DNA of 12,562 nt from Candidatus Asgardarchaeum abyssi (GTDB taxonomy: Archaea > Asgardarchaeota > Asgardarchaeia > Asgardarchaeales > Asgardarchaeaceae): contig JBECUL010000058.1 in assembly GCA_040225955.1 (NCBI GenBank), positions 1 through 12,562 on the forward strand, in the 5' to 3' direction. How positions within the stretch are numbered: the stretch's first letter is position 1; every line of letters starts with the position of its first letter. This document shows positions 7,424-12,562 of the stretch, one piece after another. The translations under genes and the position numbers were made by a program. The notes under the pieces were generated by a model. The model was given only the letters and a program-made list of their open reading frames with translations. It did not search any database and had not been told where the DNA came from.

Positions 7424-8827
7424 AAAAAATTCGTGGATAGAAAATATGAGCTAGATATGCTAGAGAAACTCTGGAGAAGAAAAGAGTTTTCTCTGGTCGT
7501 AGTATATGGTAGAAGACGCGTAGGCAAAACATTTCTTCTTACCAAATTTGCAAATGGTAAAAGACATATATATTATGTGGCTGTAGAGGCACCCTACAGC
7601 TTCTTATGTGATGATTTTTCAAAAAGTGTAAAAGACTTTCTTAACTTGCCTATTTCGGGCGATATTGTAGATATGATTGAAACCATTTCGAAGCTCATTA
7701 AGGAGAAGGTTTTGATAGTAATTGATGAGTTCCAATTTATTGTCGAAGCAGATAAAAGCTTCTTGTCACGCCTTCAGAGAACTATTGATTCCATCCTTTC
7801 AAATAAAAATATGATGCTTGTAATATGCGGCTCTGCCGTTTCTTTTTTTGAAAGAGAACTTCTAGGATATAGAAGTCCCATTTTTGGTCGTCGTACAGCA
7901 TCTATTAACCTAAAACCACTACCGTTTGAATGTATCAGTGAATTCTTTCCAAAATATAATATTGAGGAACTAATAACTGTTTATGGTATTGTTGGTGGAA
8001 CTCCCGCTTATCTTGAGAAATTAGATGCAAATGTGAGTGCATTAGAAAATATTTACAACATAATTACACCTGGAACATATCTATATGATGAGGCATTAAA
8101 CCTACTAAGGCAAGAGGTAAGAGAGCCAAGAACATACTTCAGCATTTTATCAAATATTACTGAAGGAAAAACTACACTGAGTGAGATAGCAAACTCTGCA
8201 GGAATTGACCCACGGAGCATCATCAAATATATTTCGCTACTTGAAGAATTAGACATAATAGAGCGGATTAGGCCAATAGGGTTTAAAAAGCCAGTAAGAC
8301 TAAAAATAAAGGACAATTACTTTAGATTTTGGTTTACATATAATTACAGATTGAGATCCTTGCTTGAGTCTAGGCGAATTAATGAGGCATATGAATATAT
8401 AAAACGCTCTCTTGACAAGTACCTCTCAAAGGTTTACGAAAATCTGATTTTAGAACTTGTTCCCACCTTATATTCGCATGGGATTATTACCACAAAACCC
8501 ATCGATACAGGAAAATGGTGGCATAAAGACATAGAAATAGATTGTATTGTTAGAGAACCTGGTATTTCCACAACATTTATAGAAGTAAAATGGAGCAACA
8601 CATCATTTTCAGAAGCACGTAAAATTCTTAAAGAACTTGAACAAAAATCCACGAAGACTGGTTTAACTTCACCTAAGAACTATTATCTCCTAGTTGTGAG
8701 GAATATTCAAGACTCAGAAACACCTACAGCTATCGATGAACATCACAAAGTCATAGATTTAACAGTTATAGAGTCAATCATTTTAAGGAAAAATCATCAT
8801 GAATCCTATTATAATAAAAATCCTTAA
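7415..8827 (+). CDS. Archaeal ATPase (COG1672-type) with wHTH and DUF234/PD-(D/E)xK domains, second paralogue
   Basis: FVDRKYEL; YGRRRVGKT; IVIDEFQF; VICGS; PIFGRRT; VGGTPAY; TLSEIANS; DNYFRFWF; GKWW..DIEIDC...IEVKW. ATG 7415 is preferred over 7367 because of the AGGTG SD and the N-terminal register of the paralogue. Confidence 0.95.
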   Translation: MRRKKFVDRKYELDMLEKLWRRKEFSLVVVYGRRRVGKTFLLTKFANGKRHIYYVAVEAPYSFLCDDFSKSVKDFLNLPISGDIVDMIETISKLIKEKVLIVIDEFQFIVEADKSFLSRLQRTIDSILSNKNMMLVICGSAVSFFERELLGYRSPIFGRRTASINLKPLPFECISEFFPKYNIEELITVYGIVGGTPAYLEKLDANVSALENIYNIITPGTYLYDEALNLLRQEVREPRTYFSILSNITEGKTTLSEIANSAGIDPRSIIKYISLLEELDIIERIRPIGFKKPVRLKIKDNYFRFWFTYNYRLRSLLESRRINEAYEYIKRSLDKYLSKVYENLILELVPTLYSHGIITTKPIDTGKWWHKDIEIDCIVREPGISTTFIEVKWSNTSFSEARKILKELEQKSTKTGLTSPKNYYLLVVRNIQDSETPTAIDEHHKVIDLTVIESIILRKNHHESYYNKNP

Positions 8828-8875
8828 CACAGAAAAAATAAATTATGGAATGACTACATATGAGTAGAGATTAAA

Positions 8876-9004
8876 ATGTCAATTCGTGAATTAATCTCTG
8901 AAATTCATAAACTAAGAGAAGACATCTAATATATCAAGGAAATACTTTCAGCACTAGAGATTAGTGACTTCTTTTTAACTCCAGAGGAATACGAAGATCG
9001 ATAA
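8876..9004 (+). pseudogene. Interrupted small ORF resembling an archaeal antitoxin (coiled coil plus acidic LTPEE segment)
   Basis: It reads MSIRELISEIHKLREDI*YIKEILSALEISDFFLTPEEYEDR*, with an internal TAA at 8927-8929. The amphipathic pattern continues across the stop. The resemblance to RelE-associated antitoxins is from memory only. Confidence 0.5.
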
Positions 9005-9091
9005 ACAAAGCCGAGTTTACCGAAAATAAGATTTATTGTCTCAAAATATTGAATTAGTAGAGTATTATTTTTGTTATTGGGTGAAAACTTA

Positions 9092-10132
9092 ATGTTTTGT
9101 AATATGGCAAAGCAAGGTTTTCCACCCGGCAGTTGTTTAGTTAAATTACCTAATGGAGAGCAAAAGCCGGCGTGTCAAGCAACTTTAAAGAGGAAGGAAG
9201 GACAGTATTATCGGGTTATCAGTGGGATTCAATTAAGCAGGCCTGAGGACTATCTTTCTATATATCAAAGTGGTTGTAATCACTCGTGCTTGAAGTGTCA
9301 TAGTTATTATTTTAGCCAAGAATTTCATGGAAAGTGGATGTCGACTGATCAGATTGCAGAGATTTGCAGGCAATATTTAGAGATAGTAACAGTATGGGAG
9401 CCGAGAGAAAGAGCTACCATGTGGCATGCAACCGACCTATGTCATCATTGTGGTTACTGTAAGATTGAGAATAGACGTGGCCCATTCTGTCCCGAAAAAC
9501 TATCTCCAGATCAAGTGTTACTTAGCCCTCAAGGTTTTGGTCCTGCTAGGAATATTGTTTCTTTCACCGGAGGAGATATAGCTTGTTGTGCTGATTTCTA
9601 TGCTGAAGTTACTGAGAAGATAAAAGACTTTTGCGGTAATAAGTTGTATGTTCTTCTTGAAACAAACGGTTATGGACTTACTCCTAAAAATTTAGACCTC
9701 CTCGCAAGTGCAGGACTTGATTCATTTTGGCTTGATATTAAAGCTTATGACGAGGAAGTCTACAAGAGACTTTGTGGAACTACGAATAAATGGATTTTAG
9801 AACTTCCAAAAGAGATAATAGACAGAGGCTTCGTGTTAGAGGTACTAACCCTATACATTCCAGGATGGGTTGAAACAGATCAAATAGTTAAAATAGCAGA
9901 AATCGTATACGAAGTGGACCCTGAGATTCCCTTTACCCTATTAGCATTCTTCCCGATTTACAAACTCTCGGATAATCGTCCTCCTACATTAACAGAAATG
10001 CTGAGTGCATACTCTGGAGTAAAAGATGTTGGATTGAAAAATGTGAAATTGGGAAACTGTCATGTTTTCTGTAAGACAGAAAAAGATTGGAGAACTCTAA
10101 TAAATGTTGTAGGCATCGAAGGAATAGGATGA
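9092..10132 (+). CDS. Radical SAM protein (PFL-activating-enzyme-like, COG1180-related) with extra cysteine motifs
   Basis: It has GCNHSCLKCH (CX3CX2C, 9275-9298), SFTGGD, LETNGY, WLDIKA, TLYIPG and LLAFFP.YKL. ATG 9092 follows a GGTGA SD; the ORF track starts at TTG 9071. Confidence 0.93.
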   Translation: MFCNMAKQGFPPGSCLVKLPNGEQKPACQATLKRKEGQYYRVISGIQLSRPEDYLSIYQSGCNHSCLKCHSYYFSQEFHGKWMSTDQIAEICRQYLEIVTVWEPRERATMWHATDLCHHCGYCKIENRRGPFCPEKLSPDQVLLSPQGFGPARNIVSFTGGDIACCADFYAEVTEKIKDFCGNKLYVLLETNGYGLTPKNLDLLASAGLDSFWLDIKAYDEEVYKRLCGTTNKWILELPKEIIDRGFVLEVLTLYIPGWVETDQIVKIAEIVYEVDPEIPFTLLAFFPIYKLSDNRPPTLTEMLSAYSGVKDVGLKNVKLGNCHVFCKTEKDWRTLINVVGIEGIG

Positions 10133-10160
10133 TTATAAAATAAGACAGATCAGCATGCCT

Positions 10161-10180
10161 ATAATAAAAAATATAAAAAG
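10161..10180 (-). terminator. Putative oligo-T terminator of the surface protein gene
   Basis: The minus strand reads CTTTTTATATTTTTTATTAT immediately after the TAA stop, in a 48-bp convergent intergenic gap. Confidence 0.45.
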
Positions 10181-12562
10181 TTAAGAGCAATTTCGTAATT
10201 CTTTTCTCTTCTTTCTTGCTACAACAACCGCAGCTACGAATATACTTATCAGCCCTAACCTTAGCTCAAGAACGGCAATGCTCTGATAGTTTTCATCATT
10301 TCCTGCCTTTAGTGTATGTAGTGACGTTTCTTGCCTCATAGGCGATGATGTTGCCTTTATCTTATTGAGATGATCGGAGAATACGTAGATTAGTCCATTA
10401 GATGTGACGAATGCCATATCAGTACATCCTCTGTTGTCAAAATTCCCTATTGTATAACTAACTGGGTAATCGTACATTTCGTCGGTCGACCATACTATAT
10501 TATTATTTCCATCTATGACAAAGGCTCGTTTTAAATTTAAGACTAGCAACTCATGTAAGTCATCTCCATCGATATCAATAGCAATAATTGACTTGCTCGT
10601 TGCATTTCTATAAGTTGAAACTAAGACATTCGTTGGGAGTATTTGATAAGCAGCTCCTGTCGATCCATTAAGGTACAATATGCGTGAAACGTTGTCGAGA
10701 ACAGCAATACTTGGCTCATCTCTAATTGTAAAGTTTCCAATAGATACAGAGTACACGGGATATGCCAAATATTTAGTCCAGAAAACTGCACCACTCTCTT
10801 TCATAAGTGACACCCCACCACTGTCGTCTTTAGAAAGGCCAATAACAATCTCGGCATATCCATCAGTGTTAGTGTCACCTATATCCATTGAAGATATAAA
10901 GTAAGGCGACACGTTTACATACCACCCAGTAGCCCCTGAAGAAGTTTTTATTAAGTATATAGCATGATCCAAAGCATAGGCAAGGATATGGTCGGGAACT
11001 TGATCAAGGTTGCTGTCAAAGGCTCTCACCTCTTGAACGCCTCTTTTGGGATCACTATTGGACCAAACTATTGTACCGTCGTCATCTATCATTGAAATAA
11101 ATCCTGATGTTGATGATTCATCTCTGAAACCAGCAGCAATTTCCACTTTATCATCCTTATCATAATCACCACAAGCTATACTTGACACTATGTAACCCGT
11201 GGCTATCTTTTTATACCATTGTACTTTTAGCTCGTCACCACCTTCATAAGTCAGATATATTATGTAACCATAGTTTGTTCCAACTACAATTCCTTGTGCA
11301 ACTTTGCCAGGAATTTCAGCTATGTCAAGTGCTGTAATTTTACCATAACGACTATCCCACCCTGCAACTATCTTCTTTTCATAGACACTTATGTAGAATA
11401 CATAGCTGTTGTTAATGGCTACAATTATATCCTCATAATCATCAGCATCTATGTATCCTGAGGCTATAAGAGTTCCTCCATCGCCCTCGAAATCGGTTAT
11501 AGTAAGGATAGGACTATGAACCTCTACTTCTGCCCTATAAACTTTACCTATGGGTACAAATTTTACTAGGGAAACGTAATAATAAGCTCCTCCAGCTAAG
11601 ATTTCAGTCTGTCCGTCGGAATCTATGTCTAAGGAGTCAACATCGACAAGCATTACTATATTCTTCTTCCCGTATATCGAAATTATTGATCCGTCTTTTC
11701 CACTATAAACAATTACAGGACTAAAATACCCATATAGGCCAGCAACAATATCCATAAAGCCATCATTGTTGAAATCACTAGTTACGCTGAATGACCATAT
11801 GAAACTGTTTGTCATAATTCTTTGCCAGAGAGTTCCTCCATGTAAGGAGTCCACACAAATGAACTCAGAACCCGTGCCAGAGAAGTTGACATTTGATGCG
11901 ATAATCTCATATACTCCATCTGTGTTTATGTCAGCCAACGTAATTCTATATCCAGGTGCAATAACATCAGTATTATTCCAGACGATTCCCTTTGTTTCAT
12001 TAAGAAGTATTAGGTTCTTTCCAGGAATTATAAGCTCCTCAATGTGGTCATTATCTATATCAATAGCTGCCAAATCCCGGATTTTTACATTACTCCAGAA
12101 TGTGAACTTGTCTGTAATTGTGCCATCCTTCCCATAGATTACCCAAATAGTGCCATTCTCCGTAGTAGCTATAACATTTCTGCTATCGGTATACGGGTAG
12201 AAAGCAGCGGTCAATCCAAGTACATCAGATCCTAAATTAACACTCCAATATATACTACCATCTAGTCTTAGGGCGTAGACTGATTCATCTTCAGATGCAA
12301 CTATTATGTATACAAGAGTCTTGTCATCGTAGAGGTCAAGTATCTTTATGGAGGTTATGCTGTCTGTTGGAACACTACTCTTCCATATCAAACTAAGATC
12401 TTTTCCGCTTAAGCATATTACGTTTCCATAGTAACCACCTATGATTACATCATCATAACTATCGTTGTTAATATCATAGGTATACATGAGATTCACCAAA
12501 TCTCCTATGTCAGTGGTTGCAGTTATGTTTCCATGAATGCTCATAAGAAGCACTGTTCCATT
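10181..12562 (-). CDS. FG-GAP/VCBS-like repeat beta-propeller cell-surface protein with C-terminal membrane anchor (5' end outside window)
   Basis: Repeated DxNxDG-type Ca-binding loops (DINNDSYDD, DIDNDHIEE, DINTDGVYE, DFNNDGFMD, DIDSDGQTE, DYDKDDKVE, DTNTDGYAE, DIDGDDLHE) alternate with G..IW motifs. The C-terminal helix LGLISIFVAAVVVA is followed by RKKRK. The frame stays open to the window edge (AAT GGA ACA GTG). Confidence 0.9.
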   Translation of the reverse strand, partial: NGTVLLMSIHGNITATTDIGDLVNLMYTYDINNDSYDDVIIGGYYGNVICLSGKDLSLIWKSSVPTDSITSIKILDLYDDKTLVYIIVASEDESVYALRLDGSIYWSVNLGSDVLGLTAAFYPYTDSRNVIATTENGTIWVIYGKDGTITDKFTFWSNVKIRDLAAIDIDNDHIEELIIPGKNLILLNETKGIVWNNTDVIAPGYRITLADINTDGVYEIIASNVNFSGTGSEFICVDSLHGGTLWQRIMTNSFIWSFSVTSDFNNDGFMDIVAGLYGYFSPVIVYSGKDGSIISIYGKKNIVMLVDVDSLDIDSDGQTEILAGGAYYYVSLVKFVPIGKVYRAEVEVHSPILTITDFEGDGGTLIASGYIDADDYEDIIVAINNSYVFYISVYEKKIVAGWDSRYGKITALDIAEIPGKVAQGIVVGTNYGYIIYLTYEGGDELKVQWYKKIATGYIVSSIACGDYDKDDKVEIAAGFRDESSTSGFISMIDDDGTIVWSNSDPKRGVQEVRAFDSNLDQVPDHILAYALDHAIYLIKTSSGATGWYVNVSPYFISSMDIGDTNTDGYAEIVIGLSKDDSGGVSLMKESGAVFWTKYLAYPVYSVSIGNFTIRDEPSIAVLDNVSRILYLNGSTGAAYQILPTNVLVSTYRNATSKSIIAIDIDGDDLHELLVLNLKRAFVIDGNNNIVWSTDEMYDYPVSYTIGNFDNRGCTDMAFVTSNGLIYVFSDHLNKIKATSSPMRQETSLHTLKAGNDENYQSIAVLELRLGLISIFVAAVVVARKKRKELRNCS

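Noticed and set aside
2643-12235. Short opposite-strand ORFs (2643..2912, 3445..3672, 3764..3976, 6305..6487, 8053..8316, 8434..8652, 9984..10190, 10680..10904, 11766..12137, 12044..12235)
   Set aside because: All lie wholly or mostly antisense to well-supported longer genes and show no motifs.

Overview
AT-rich window that looks archaeal: it has TATA/BRE promoters, GGTG/GGAGG ribosome-binding sites and COG1672 ATPases. It reads as an accessory or defence-like island. From left to right: (1) a coiled-coil protein with a perfect 63-bp tandem repeat and a C-terminal PD-(D/E)xK-like domain; (2) an intact MntA/HepT (MNT-HEPN) toxin-antitoxin pair; (3) an unknown polytopic membrane protein; (4) a SWIM zinc-finger helical protein; (5) a 146-bp MITE with 16-bp TIRs and a 5-bp target duplication, inserted at an ATPase stop codon; (6) two divergent archaeal ATPase-wHTH-DUF234 nuclease paralogues, each with an inverted repeat over its start codon; (7) a small interrupted ORF resembling an antitoxin; (8) a Cys-rich radical SAM enzyme; (9) the 3' part of a large FG-GAP/beta-propeller surface protein. 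The ORF track does not explain three signals: the MITE, a decayed copy of the radical SAM 5' end at 3062-3171 whose exact 19-bp repeat brackets the ~6-kb SWIM/ATPase block, and a dense cluster of perfect 8-9-bp stems at 3175-3274. All family assignments come from motif recognition by eye; no searches were run.
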